Source: Chloroflexota bacterium | GTDB taxonomy: Bacteria > Chloroflexota > Dehalococcoidia > Lucifugimonadales > JADFKI01 | NCBI GenBank assembly: GCA_027623195.1 | Contig: JAQBUT010000004.1 | Span: forward strand, 64,001-128,000 | Length of the DNA: 64,000 nt | Reading direction: 5' to 3' | Part shown: in pieces, positions 28,993 through 39,065 of the stretch | How the letters are laid out: each line of letters opens with the position of its first letter | How positions within the stretch are numbered: the first letter of the stretch is position 1 | Translations under genes and position numbers: made by a program | The notes under the pieces: model-generated | What the model was told of the DNA's origin: nothing | Databases searched by the model: none | The model's input: the letters and a program-made list of their open reading frames with translations, nothing else

Positions 28993-29074
28993 AGCCTTAA
29001 ATTCTAAGAAGTGTTCGCCTTGAATTCATCCAAAGGCAGCACACTCAAAATCTTGCCAGCGCAGGGGAAGTGCG

Positions 29075-30355
29075 CTACGTAATATTCCAGCGCGGATGCG
29101 CCGCCGCCTCTTTCTGCATGCGCTCCGGAAGCCAACCCCTTACAGCAGGGTCCACGTAAAAGGTCGGATGAAGCAGTTCGTCATCGTTCTCTATCATTCC
29201 CTCATCCCTTGCCCTGCGCGAAAGCGTTGTGTACGGCAGCAAGCGGTTACCTATTCTCAAAGTAACGAAAGCCGGCTGGGTCTCCCGAAGGAAGTCCAGC
29301 TTCTCGTTTACCGTATCCTCTGTCTCGCCCGGCAACCCAAACGCAATGTTCATCGTGTGCGGCAGGTCTACCGACTTGCATGTGGCAGACGTATCCCGAA
29401 GCTGATTTAGACGTGACGTGAGGTCCTCTGCGGTAGCGCTGCCCTCATTGAGCAGCGCCAAGGAGCACCCGGCCCTCTTCATCAAATCAGCCGTTTCGCC
29501 ATCGAAGTCCACAGGATGAATACCTGAGTTCCACCGGATTCCTATACTCGCGTCTATGATGGCCTGACACAACTCTTTTGCGTGATCCATTGGCACATTG
29601 AAACCGGATGATATGAAGAAGAATTTGCGTATACCGAATTCGGCCTGAATATCCTTCACTTCACTCACAACCTCGGCTACGTCCTTGATGCGCCACTGGT
29701 CGCTGTCGGACTGGGACGATTTCCCTTCGGTGGGGTAATAGGCCTGGGCAAGCTTGGTTATCACCCCTACGCCGAACCCGGAACCGTCATATTTCTTCAT
29801 GTCCAAAAGATCAAGCCGGGGCTTACTTTGATAGTTGGATGAAAAACTACCTTCACTAATTACCGTTTTACCGCCTTCTCGATGGACCAGTCCAGGAATG
29901 GCCTTGTAGTCCGAACCCGTGTCCAACTTGTCAAGCAACTGCGAGAACGCCTGCCCGGCGTCGCCTACAACTCCAAAGTCGGCTCCCACATATTCCAGGC
30001 ACGGGGCGGGCAGAATGCTGAATGCCGGGCCACCGCAAACCGTGGTGGCACTACCAGCCGAACTTATGCGATCGATTGTCTCCTTCACCGCCGGTAAGTT
30101 GGACACCGGGTTGAAGTAGCTCTGGTTGTCCAGGTTGCGTAGGGACAGGCCCACAACTTCGGGCTGGAACTCTCTAACCGTCGCCTCTACATCGGCGGCC
30201 CCATCCTCAGAAAACATAAGGTCCAGCACCCGCATCTCGTGGCGCGATTCGTCCACACTCGCAGCCAGATATGCCAGACCAATGGGTACAGGGCGCACGA
30301 CCATCCTGTCCATAAACCTATTCGTCTGATTGGTGGCAACTAACAAAACTCGCAT
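29075..30355 (-). CDS. B12-binding-domain / radical-SAM-fold protein lacking CxxxCxxC
   Basis: PIGLAYLAA, VVGLSLRNLDN, CGGPAFSILP (cobalamin domain); barrel remnants FNVP, RAGC, FGLPGETEDTV; no CxxxCxxC. Confidence 0.8.
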   Translation of the reverse strand: MRVLLVATNQTNRFMDRMVVRPVPIGLAYLAASVDESRHEMRVLDLMFSEDGAADVEATVREFQPEVVGLSLRNLDNQSYFNPVSNLPAVKETIDRISSAGSATTVCGGPAFSILPAPCLEYVGADFGVVGDAGQAFSQLLDKLDTGSDYKAIPGLVHREGGKTVISEGSFSSNYQSKPRLDLLDMKKYDGSGFGVGVITKLAQAYYPTEGKSSQSDSDQWRIKDVAEVVSEVKDIQAEFGIRKFFFISSGFNVPMDHAKELCQAIIDASIGIRWNSGIHPVDFDGETADLMKRAGCSLALLNEGSATAEDLTSRLNQLRDTSATCKSVDLPHTMNIAFGLPGETEDTVNEKLDFLRETQPAFVTLRIGNRLLPYTTLSRRARDEGMIENDDELLHPTFYVDPAVRGWLPERMQKEAAAHPRWNIT

Positions 30356-30536
30356 TGAGACTCCTCTCGAATCGCCGCTAATCACGACGGAGGATATCAT
30401 AATTTTGTTGAGGATTCACCGTGCCGCTCACGCCTTGATAGACGGTTACAAGCGACATGTTGTACGAGGCTTTACCATGCAATACAATAGCGCCGATTCG
30501 TCCTGCGGATAAACGGAATTATGAGAGGATCATACC

Positions 30537-31253
30537 ATGAGAGTAAACAACGTTATTACGAAAATGCAGGCTGGCGAAAGGGCGCTCGGATGCAACTTTT
30601 CGTTCCCGTCAACAACGCTGATTGAATTGGCCTCCATGGCCGGATTCGATTTCGTCACGTTCGACAGCGAGCATGGCCCTTTCACGGTGGATATTCTGGA
30701 CGACCTCTGTCGGCTCTCCTCTGCTCTGGGTTTGACGCCTATGGCAAGGGTGCCCAACATAGAGGACTCAACTATCCTTCGATTCCTGGACCGGGGTATT
30801 ATGGGCATTACAGGGCCGCACATCATAAACGGCGACCGAGCGAGGCAACTGGCAGGCGCCTGCCGATACGTGCCCAGGGGCAAGCGCAGCTTCGGATCGG
30901 GTCGTGGCGCGTATTACGGCGATTTTGAGTCAGGCCCAGCTTACATGGAGCATACCAACAACAACATCCTCGTCATTGCCCAGTTGGAGGATGCGGAAGT
31001 CCTCAACAATATCGACGACATCTTGTCTGTGCAAGGCATCGACCTCTTTACGTCAGGGGCTCAGGACATCGCCCAGTCGATGGGATTGCAGGGGCAACCC
31101 AATCATCCCGACGTGCAAGCTTTTGAGGCCAAAGTAAAAGACCTCGTCCACGCTGCGGGCCGAAAGATGGCCGAAGACGTTATGGCGTCAGTCCGCGCCG
31201 CGAACCTGTTCCTGGACGGGTGCAAAGGCTACCTGGCCCAAAACCGACCCTGA
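30537..31253 (+). CDS. HpcH/HpaI aldolase family protein
   Basis: GFDFVTFDSEHG, ARVP, RYVPRGKRSFG, IAQLED. Confidence 0.9.
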   Translation: MRVNNVITKMQAGERALGCNFSFPSTTLIELASMAGFDFVTFDSEHGPFTVDILDDLCRLSSALGLTPMARVPNIEDSTILRFLDRGIMGITGPHIINGDRARQLAGACRYVPRGKRSFGSGRGAYYGDFESGPAYMEHTNNNILVIAQLEDAEVLNNIDDILSVQGIDLFTSGAQDIAQSMGLQGQPNHPDVQAFEAKVKDLVHAAGRKMAEDVMASVRAANLFLDGCKGYLAQNRP

Positions 31254-31325
31254 TCTCTAAGGCCAGTCTAAGTCGTCGCATTAGAGCAACTGACGTAACA
31301 GTTTGTGATATAAGTCTGAGATTTG

Positions 31326-31403
31326 CCCCCATCCTAACCTTCCCCCGCGGCGGAGGAACGGACACAAATCCTCGCCCTGAGGGAGAGGATTGAGGTGAGG
31401 GGG
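31326..31403. repeat. C-rich/G-rich intergenic palindromic repeat
   Basis: CCCCCATCCTAACCTTCCCCC...GGGAGAGGATTGAGGTGAGGGGG imperfect inverted repeat. Confidence 0.65.
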
Positions 31404-31451
31404 AAACGCTGCGCCAACAACAAAGTATCGGAAACGTCGAAAGGACGAAAA

Positions 31452-33431
31452 ATGCGAAGCCAGGTCCGTCTAAATATTCAATCTCCAAAACCTTTTGCCG
31501 ATGGGATGGCCTTTGGCGACGTTGGGCCTTACGAGGCCATTGAGGGCAGCGTAGACTTCGCAATCGATCCAAACGACCTGGCCAACGCCGGCATCGTCGA
31601 CCTGAAGCAGGCGCCTCGAAACGCGGAAGGCCTGGTGGAGTATTCGACTGAGTTTTACATTCTTCGGCCCGTCGACCTGGAACGTGGTAACGGCCGACTA
31701 ATCTACGACGTGAACAATCGCGGCAACAAGCGCATCCTGCAGTTCTTCAACGACGGAGTTCACAGCAACACGCCCATCACCGCAGAGAACGCGGGCAATG
31801 GATTTCTCATGAGGCGAGGCTACTCCATAGTGTGGTCGGGCTGGCAGGGAGATGTCCTTCCGATTGACAGCCAACTCTCCATGCGGCTACCCGTGGCCAC
31901 GAATAACGGCGTCTCCATCACAGGCGATGTACGCACCGAGTTCATCATAGAAACTCAAGGCGTCCAGTGCAGGCCATTGTCGGCAGCCGATTACGCGGAC
32001 AGCTATCAGGCTGCCAACACGGACACTACCCTGGCAACCTTCACGATGCGGGAGTACCCGTACGACGAGAAGATCGTCATACCGTCGGACCAGTGGAGCT
32101 TCTCTCAGCTGGGCACAGACGGTAAGCTCACGGAATCCGCCAAGCATGTGTACCTGGCGAACGGCTTCCGACCCGGCTGGATTTACGACCTCATCTACAC
32201 TGCCAAAGACCCCAAAGTCATGGGGCTGGGACTATCGGGCCTCCGAGACCTCACCTCTTTCCTGATGCACGACGGGCAGGACGAAAACGGCGTGCCCAAT
32301 CCATTGAGGCAAGGGGAGACGGGAATGGATAAGGCCTACGCCTGGGGCCGTTCCCAAAGTGGCCGGTTCTTGCGGGAGTTCGTGTACAGGGGCTTCAATC
32401 AGGCTTGCGATGGCAGCAGGGTTTTCGACGCCATGTCGCCGCACGTAGCTGGGGGTGGACGCATCGTGCTGAATTACCGCTTCGCTCAACCGGACCGATT
32501 CCCACGACAGCATTTCCATCACACCTACCCGTGCGACCAGTTCCCCTTCTCATACGCGGAGTCTACGGACGCTCTCACCGGCGAGACCGACGCCATTCTC
32601 AAGAGGCCAGAGACCGACCCGCTGATTATTCACACGCAGACCTCGGCGGAGTACTGGGAGCGACGAGCCTCGCTGTCCCACACTGATTCGCTGGGCAACG
32701 ACCTGCCGCAGCCCGAAAACGTACGCATATTTTGCTTTGCTGGCTCGCAGCACAGCGCCGACCCGCTTGCCAAGGGACCGTCCCAGGGCAATCACCAGTA
32801 CCCGTCCAATCCGCTGAACACGTCTCCCCTGCTCCGGGCGCTTCTGGACGCTCTCGACGCCTGGGCGACAGACGGCACGACTCCACCAGATAGCCGTGTT
32901 CCGAGTCGGTCCAACGAAACGGCCGTCCCAGCAGATGTGGCCAAAGCTAATTTCCCGAACGTTCCGGGGGTAACCCATCCAGTAAACGCCAACCGTCTGT
33001 TCGCACAAGACCACGGGCCGGACTTCAACAAGGGCATCATTGCTGAGCCGCCAAGGGAGGACGTTAGCAAGGAGTACCAGATTCTAGTGCCTCAGGTGGA
33101 CGCCGACGGCAACGAGCTTCCGGGCATACGCACACCGCAAATCCAGGTGCCTTTGGCCACGTACACCGGCTGGAATTATCGTCCTGTGGGCTCCGCAGAG
33201 AAAAGCCTGGCCGGACTCGTCGGCAGCTACCTCCCATTCGCTCGCACCAAGGCGGAACGCGACGAGACAGGAGACCACCGGCCCTCGTTAGAAGAGCGTT
33301 ACGGCTCTAAGGAAACCTACGTGAAGGCCATCGAAAAGGCAGCGCAGAGCCTAGTCCAGCAGCGGCTCCTCCTCCAAGAGGACGCCGAAAGGTACGTGGC
33401 GTTGGCCAGGGCGCAAACCGTATTTGATTAA
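31452..33431 (+). CDS. Large alpha/beta-hydrolase-domain protein
   Basis: NRGNK, WSGWQGD, GRSQSGRFLR (GxSxxG), EYWERRASL, DADGNE, SLEERY. Confidence 0.8.
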   Translation: MRSQVRLNIQSPKPFADGMAFGDVGPYEAIEGSVDFAIDPNDLANAGIVDLKQAPRNAEGLVEYSTEFYILRPVDLERGNGRLIYDVNNRGNKRILQFFNDGVHSNTPITAENAGNGFLMRRGYSIVWSGWQGDVLPIDSQLSMRLPVATNNGVSITGDVRTEFIIETQGVQCRPLSAADYADSYQAANTDTTLATFTMREYPYDEKIVIPSDQWSFSQLGTDGKLTESAKHVYLANGFRPGWIYDLIYTAKDPKVMGLGLSGLRDLTSFLMHDGQDENGVPNPLRQGETGMDKAYAWGRSQSGRFLREFVYRGFNQACDGSRVFDAMSPHVAGGGRIVLNYRFAQPDRFPRQHFHHTYPCDQFPFSYAESTDALTGETDAILKRPETDPLIIHTQTSAEYWERRASLSHTDSLGNDLPQPENVRIFCFAGSQHSADPLAKGPSQGNHQYPSNPLNTSPLLRALLDALDAWATDGTTPPDSRVPSRSNETAVPADVAKANFPNVPGVTHPVNANRLFAQDHGPDFNKGIIAEPPREDVSKEYQILVPQVDADGNELPGIRTPQIQVPLATYTGWNYRPVGSAEKSLAGLVGSYLPFARTKAERDETGDHRPSLEERYGSKETYVKAIEKAAQSLVQQRLLLQEDAERYVALARAQTVFD

Positions 33432-33464
33432 TTATTAAGGCAGCCGAATATTCGGAGGAATAAC

Positions 33465-34220
33465 ATGAGACTAGAGGGCAAAGTTGCGTTCATTAGTGGC
33501 GGGGCCAGGGGCATGGGAGCGGCTGAGGCTAAGCTATTCGCGAAGGAGGGTGCCAGCGTTGTCGTAGGCGACCTGCTGGACGAAGAAGGCAAGAAGCTGG
33601 AAGCGGAAATCAACGAGACTGGCGGACAATGCCTGTTTCTTCACCTAGACGTCACTAGCGAAGCCAACTGGAACGAGGCCGTGGCAGCCACAGTCCGACA
33701 GTTCGGCAAGCTGGACATCATGGTGAACAACGCCGGAATAGGCGGGACCGGCAGCAAGGTCGAGGACACCACTGTCGAGGAGTGGGACGAGACCATGAAC
33801 ATTAACGCCAAAGGTGTGTTCTTCGGCACCAAAGTTGCCATAGCCGAGATGCAGAAGACCGGAGGCGGGTCCATTATCAACATATCTTCACAGCTAGGCC
33901 TGGTTGGCACCGACATCAGCAGTCCGCAGTATCAGGCATCCAAGGGCGCGGTGAGGATATTCACCAAGGCGGCAGCAATCCAGTACGCCGCAGACGGTAT
34001 CCGAGTCAACTCAGTTCACCCCGGACCCATCGTCACCGCTATGACGGAGCAACGCCGGTCTGAGCCGGAAAACTTCGCGCTGATGACCTCACGCATCCCC
34101 ATGGGTCGGTTCGGACGACCGGAAGAGGTCGCCAACGGAGCCCTGTACCTGGCGTCCGACGAGTCCTCATACGTCACCGGGAGCGAACTGGTCATCGACG
34201 GCGGGTGGACAGCGCAGTAG
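33465..34220 (+). CDS. Short-chain dehydrogenase/reductase
   Basis: SGGARGMG, NNAGI, YQASK, NSVHPG, DGG. Confidence 0.93.
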   Translation: MRLEGKVAFISGGARGMGAAEAKLFAKEGASVVVGDLLDEEGKKLEAEINETGGQCLFLHLDVTSEANWNEAVAATVRQFGKLDIMVNNAGIGGTGSKVEDTTVEEWDETMNINAKGVFFGTKVAIAEMQKTGGGSIINISSQLGLVGTDISSPQYQASKGAVRIFTKAAAIQYAADGIRVNSVHPGPIVTAMTEQRRSEPENFALMTSRIPMGRFGRPEEVANGALYLASDESSYVTGSELVIDGGWTAQ

Positions 34221-34271
34221 GACGCGGAGCTTTCAGCCGGCAGCGATCGGCAACAAGGCTTATGCATAGAT

Positions 34272-34631
34272 ATGAGAGATTTCAAAACCTTAAAGGTATG
34301 GGAACGGAGCCATCAATTGACTCTGCCCGTCTATCAGGCAAGTGGCGGCTTTCCTAGGGAGGAAATTTATGGTTTGACCAGCCAGATGCGAAGAGCCTCA
34401 GCATCGATTGCGGCAAACATCGCAGAAGGTTGCGGCAGAGGCAGTGAAGCCGATTTCGCCAGGTTTTTGCAGATGGCAGCGGGTTCAGCCAGCGAGTTGG
34501 AATATCACGCGATCCTAGTGCGTGACCTCAAATTCCTCGACGGCCCAATATATGAAAACATCAACCAAGAGGTTACTCAAATTAAACGAACGCTTACCGC
34601 ATTCATAAAAACGCTGAAAGCTGATGGCTAA
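34272..34631 (+). CDS. Four-helix-bundle protein (23S rRNA intervening-sequence protein family)
   Basis: LKVWERSHQL, FPREEIYGLTSQMRRASASIAANIAEGCGR, GSASELEY. Confidence 0.92.
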   Translation: MRDFKTLKVWERSHQLTLPVYQASGGFPREEIYGLTSQMRRASASIAANIAEGCGRGSEADFARFLQMAAGSASELEYHAILVRDLKFLDGPIYENINQEVTQIKRTLTAFIKTLKADG

Positions 34632-34647
34632 CGGCTAATAGCTAATT
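34613..34647 (+). repeat. 7-nt tandem repeat (GCT-N4)x5
   Basis: GCTGAAA GCTGATG GCTAACG GCTAATA GCTAATT; complementary 7-mers lie at 34228-34253. Confidence 0.7.
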
Positions 34648-34665
34648 TCTAATCCGGAGGATTGA

Positions 34666-35817
34666 ATGAAAATAACCGACATCAAAACTTATTTGGCACA
34701 CCCTGGCAGAGGCAAGAACCTCTGCTTTGTGAAAATCGAAACGGATGAGGGCATCCACGGCTGGGGCGAGTGCTACACGCAGGCCGACCGCGATATACAG
34801 ATCACAGCGCACGTCGACCAGCTAAAGCGCTACCTCATCGGGCGCGACCCCACGAACATCAAGCACTTTACACAGATGGTGTACGACGACTTCGCAGGCA
34901 GACGCGGGTCGATGGACTTGTATTGCGCCGTCAGCGGGCTGGACCACGCCATGCACGACGTTACCGGCAAGATGCTGGGAGTCCCGGTGCACAAGCTCAT
35001 TGGCGGGGCCTGCCGAGACAAGATTCGTGTCTACGCCAACGGCTGGTCGGAGGGCGCCAAGACGCCTGAGGCCTTGGCGGAGAAGGCTCAGCAGGTGGTG
35101 GAGATGGGCTTCAACGCAATGAAGTTCGACCCCATCCCTGGTCCGTGGCGCACCTTCATCAACAAAGACGTGGAGCGCGCCGCCGTAAATAACGTCCGCG
35201 CGGTGCGGCAGGCGGTCGGCCCCGATGTGGACATCCTCATAGAGATGCACCGCAGGCTTGCTCCTATGCACGCCATCAAAATCGCGCGCGAGATCGAGCA
35301 GTACGAGCCCTTCTGGTACGAGGAGCCGGTGTTAGCAGAGAACATCGACGCACTGGCAGCAGCCAAACGACAAATCAACATACCGGTGGTCACCGGTGAA
35401 GAGTTGTACACCAAGTTCGAGTTCCGCGAGGTCTTCGAGAAGCAGGCGGCCGACATCATCAACCCGGACGTCTGCAACGTGGGAGGCATTCTGGAGCTTA
35501 AGGAGATCGGCGCAATGGCCGAGCCCTACTTCGTGGTGGTCTCCCCCCACAACTACAACAGCACAACTATAGGTCTGGCGGCGACTCTGCACGTATCGGC
35601 AGCCATGCCCAACTTCCTTATCACCGAGTACTTCGTGAGCCTGGAGGAGTTCGGCAAGCAAGTGGGTAATCCGCCGTTCCAGGTGGAGAATGGCTACATC
35701 AAATTGCCTACAACCCCTGGCCTAGGCATCGATCTAGACGAAGAGGCTCTGCTGAAATTCCCATACCAGCCATTCGCACCACGCTCGCCTCGCCAATACT
35801 ATGAAGAGGGGCCGTAA
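34666..35817 (+). CDS. Galactonate-dehydratase-like enolase superfamily protein
   Basis: FVKIETDEGIHGWGE, YANGW, MKFDP, EMHRR, WYEEP, TGEEL, NPDV, PHN. Confidence 0.9.
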   Translation: MKITDIKTYLAHPGRGKNLCFVKIETDEGIHGWGECYTQADRDIQITAHVDQLKRYLIGRDPTNIKHFTQMVYDDFAGRRGSMDLYCAVSGLDHAMHDVTGKMLGVPVHKLIGGACRDKIRVYANGWSEGAKTPEALAEKAQQVVEMGFNAMKFDPIPGPWRTFINKDVERAAVNNVRAVRQAVGPDVDILIEMHRRLAPMHAIKIAREIEQYEPFWYEEPVLAENIDALAAAKRQINIPVVTGEELYTKFEFREVFEKQAADIINPDVCNVGGILELKEIGAMAEPYFVVVSPHNYNSTTIGLAATLHVSAAMPNFLITEYFVSLEEFGKQVGNPPFQVENGYIKLPTTPGLGIDLDEEALLKFPYQPFAPRSPRQYYEEGP

Positions 35818-35853
35818 GATTTCTTTGACCGTCGATATTCAGGAGACGAAATT

Positions 35854-36057
35854 ATGAATGAAAAGACTGGCCTCTCATCGGAAGAATTTGCCACGCTGGT
35901 TCGACGTGCGGGCATGACCATGAATGAGGCCGAGCTAGAACACCTGAAACCCATGTACGAGCATTTCGCGGACTCGGTTCAGCAGATGCACCTGCTGGAC
36001 CTCGGCATGGAGGACCTGGCGGTGACGTACATACCGAACTGGGAACCACTGGTTTAG
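35854..36057 (+). CDS. Small amidase partner protein (GatC/AtzG-like)
   Basis: 67 aa, helical, AGGAG SD, immediately upstream of the amidase. Confidence 0.6.
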   Translation: MNEKTGLSSEEFATLVRRAGMTMNEAELEHLKPMYEHFADSVQQMHLLDLGMEDLAVTYIPNWEPLV

Positions 36058-36090
36058 CCGAAGGCTCATCAACAAGAAAAGGGAAAAGCC

Positions 36091-37485
36091 ATGACAGAAT
36101 TGCACTACCTGACAATACCACAGGCGGGAAAGCTACTAAAGTCCGGCGAGCTATCGCCTGTGGAGTTGACCAGGGCCTTCTTGGAGCGCATCGACGCACT
36201 GGACTCCAAGTTAGAGGCCTACATCACGGTCATGTACGACAGCGCCATGGTGGAGGCCCGTAACGCCGAGGCAGAAATCCTGCGCGGGGAGTACCGAGGC
36301 CCGCTGCATGGGATTCCTATCGCGCTGAAGGATCTTTACGACACCAAGGGCGTGCGTACAACTGCCAGTTCCAAAGTCATGGCCGACCGTGTGCCCACGG
36401 AAGACGCCACCACCACGGCGAAGCTTAGTCAAGCGGGCGCTGTGTTACTGGGCAAGCTGGCCATGCACGAGTTCGCGCTTGGCGGGCCCGATCCTACAAA
36501 CGGGTTCCCACTGGCCAAGAATCCCTGGAACCTGGACCACATTCCGGGCGGCTCCAGCAGCGGTTCGGGAACGGCTATTGCAGCGGGGCTGGCCATGGGT
36601 ACGCTAGGCTCATGCACTGGAGGCTCCATACGAGGCCCGGCAGCATACTGCGGCATTGCGGGTATCAAGGCGACCTACGGCAGAGTGAGCCGTTACGGTG
36701 TCGTGCCGTTGAGTTGGAGCCTCGACCACTGCGGCCCATTGACGTGGACTGTGGAGGACTCAGCCATCATGCTGCAGGCCATCGCCGGTCACGACCCCAA
36801 AGACCCGACCTCCAGCCGTGCGCCGGTGCCTGACTACACGGCATCGTTGCGGGAGGACGTGAAGGGCCTGCGAATCGGCGTACCCCGGCATTTCTTCTTT
36901 GCCGAAGACGACCGGATTAATAGCGAGGTAAAGACCGTCGCCGACGCGGCCATCCGCACCTTCGAGGCCATGGGGGCCACTATCGTAGATGTCTCAGCCC
37001 CTATGTTGGATCACGCAGGAGCCGCGCAACCAGTCATTATGCTAAGCGAGGCATTCGCATACCACCGTAACAACCTTATCAACAAGCCCGAGCTATTCGG
37101 CGACATGGTGCGGGCGCGTTTCCGTACAGGCGGTCTTTTCTCCTCAGCTGATTACGTGCAGGCGCAGCGAGTACGCAACGTTCTTAAGCGTGAGTTTGCA
37201 GAGATCCTGCAGGGTGTGGATGTAGTGATGTCGCCTACTATGTCCACCACAGCCCCAGCGTTCGAAGGTATCGACGCCATGACCACGTCACGTTCGCCTA
37301 GCTTCACGGGGCCTTACAACCTGACGGGCATGCCGGCCATTTCGGTGCCATGCGGCTTTACGTCGGCTGGACTGCCCGTCGGCCTGCAAATCGCAGGCAA
37401 GCCCTTCGACGAGCCAACGGTGTTTCGGGCCGCCTACACCTACCAGCAGCAGGCCAAGTTCTACGAAACGCGGCCGGTGGTGTAA
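36091..37485 (+). CDS. Amidase signature family protein
   Basis: GPLHGIPIALKD, PGGSSSGS, GSCTGGSIRGPA, GLPVGLQI. Confidence 0.93.
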   Translation: MTELHYLTIPQAGKLLKSGELSPVELTRAFLERIDALDSKLEAYITVMYDSAMVEARNAEAEILRGEYRGPLHGIPIALKDLYDTKGVRTTASSKVMADRVPTEDATTTAKLSQAGAVLLGKLAMHEFALGGPDPTNGFPLAKNPWNLDHIPGGSSSGSGTAIAAGLAMGTLGSCTGGSIRGPAAYCGIAGIKATYGRVSRYGVVPLSWSLDHCGPLTWTVEDSAIMLQAIAGHDPKDPTSSRAPVPDYTASLREDVKGLRIGVPRHFFFAEDDRINSEVKTVADAAIRTFEAMGATIVDVSAPMLDHAGAAQPVIMLSEAFAYHRNNLINKPELFGDMVRARFRTGGLFSSADYVQAQRVRNVLKREFAEILQGVDVVMSPTMSTTAPAFEGIDAMTTSRSPSFTGPYNLTGMPAISVPCGFTSAGLPVGLQIAGKPFDEPTVFRAAYTYQQQAKFYETRPVV

Positions 37486-37545
37486 GCGCTTACCTCTGCT
37501 GTTGTGGTATGGGTTCGCGCCGAGCAGGCTCTTTGCCAGGAATTA

Positions 37546-38279
37546 TTACTGGCCGCGCCTCAACGTCATGGTGGCTAGGGATATGAAAATAGCGCCAAAC
37601 ACGCCCAGCGCGGCGATATCTACCATGACGTCACCGAGGCCGTCGCCCTTAAGCATGATGTTCTGAATTCCATCAACTGCGTAGGTCAGTGGCAACATCT
37701 GCGCAAAGACTTCAAGAGGTGTAGGCATCTGTCGGACGGGAACTATAACGCCCAGTAAGAATATCTGTGGAATGATAATGATAGGTATGAATTGCATCAC
37801 CTGGAATTCATTTCGCGTAAAGGTGGATATGAATATGCCCAGGCTTACTCCCACAATTGAGAGCATGAACAGGAACACAATGACTTCCGCCAGGTTTCCT
37901 CGATAACCTATCTGCAATATGAAAATGGAAAAAAGTAATTCCAAAATAGATTGAATCGCGGCGAATAACAGGAAGCCCAACATATAGCCAACCATGATAT
38001 CCCCACGTCCAACAGGCGTTGTTACAGTCGCTCCAGCGTGCCCTGCGCACGCTCCCGGAGAAAGGTAACTCCCGTAAGCAAGAAGGAAAAGAACAGTACG
38101 AAGACGGCCAGTAATGCGGGGGTTATGTGGTTCAAAACGGCCCTGTGACTACTTAGCCCAAATCCCACAAGAGCCATGACAATAATCGGAGCAATTAGTA
38201 TCAGGGCGAGTGAGCGGCGGTCCTTGAGGATCTGGTGAACCAGAGGCTTGGCAATTGCCAGCGTGCTAAGAGGATCCAA
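37546..38279 (-). pseudogene. ABC-2 permease split by a frameshift (pseudogene or sequence error)
   Basis: ERAQGTLERL-stop at 38022 continues in another frame as TTPVGRGDIMVGY; one added base restores ERLLTTP. Confidence 0.8.
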
Positions 38280-39021
38280 TCGACTTGCTCTCCCTCACAA
38301 AATACAGGAACACTTCCTCCAGCGACGCGTTTGGGTTGCCTGTGGCCGCCTTTAGCCCGGATGGACTGCCATCGGCAACTATATGTCCTTCTTGTAGGAA
38401 TACAAGCCGGTCGCAATGGGCAGCATCATCCATGGTGTGGCTGGAAAGCACGAGTGTTGAGCCCTGGTCGGCGAGTTCTCGAAAATGCTGCCAGAACGAG
38501 GCTCTAAGCTCAGGGTCGAGACCCACCGTTGGTTCGTCCAGCATAAGAAGAGAAGGACTGTGTACGAGTGCAATAGCAAGGCTTACACGCTGCCTCATGC
38601 CCCCGCTAAGGCTCAGCACAGAATCCCGACGACGTTCCGTGAGTCCAACGGTTGCGATAGTGCGTTCCACGGCCTGTTGCCTGGCGCGTTTGTCGAACGA
38701 ACCGTACATGCTTGCAAAAAAGTCGACGTTTTCCTGGACGGAAAGCTCTTGGTACACGGCGCTAAGCTGAGGCATGTAACCGATACGTTCGGCGAATTTA
38801 GTTGACGGCCTCTCGCCAAACACTTGAACAGAGCCCGAATTCGGCTTCAGCAAACCCACAATCAATTTCAGGAGCGTGGTCTTTCCTGAACCATTGGCCT
38901 CCAAGAGCCCGAATATCTGACCAGTGGGTATTTCGATTGACAGGTGGTTTAGAACCAGACGCTTTCCATAGCTGAAAATCACATCGTTGACACTGATCGC
39001 AGGGCCTTGATGGATACTCAA
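38266..39021 (-). CDS. ABC transporter ATP-binding protein with altered Walker A
   Basis: EANGSGKT, LSGGMRQR, MLDEPTVGLDP, SSH. Confidence 0.88.
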   Translation of the reverse strand: MSIHQGPAISVNDVIFSYGKRLVLNHLSIEIPTGQIFGLLEANGSGKTTLLKLIVGLLKPNSGSVQVFGERPSTKFAERIGYMPQLSAVYQELSVQENVDFFASMYGSFDKRARQQAVERTIATVGLTERRRDSVLSLSGGMRQRVSLAIALVHSPSLLMLDEPTVGLDPELRASFWQHFRELADQGSTLVLSSHTMDDAAHCDRLVFLQEGHIVADGSPSGLKAATGNPNASLEEVFLYFVRESKSIGSS

Positions 39022-39065
39022 CTTTTCATATCCTTCTCGAGGGATTCGTCAGAGGCGAACGTCAT

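Noticed and set aside
36091..37485. Calling the amidase gatA
   Set aside because: No gatB is adjacent and the context is catabolic.
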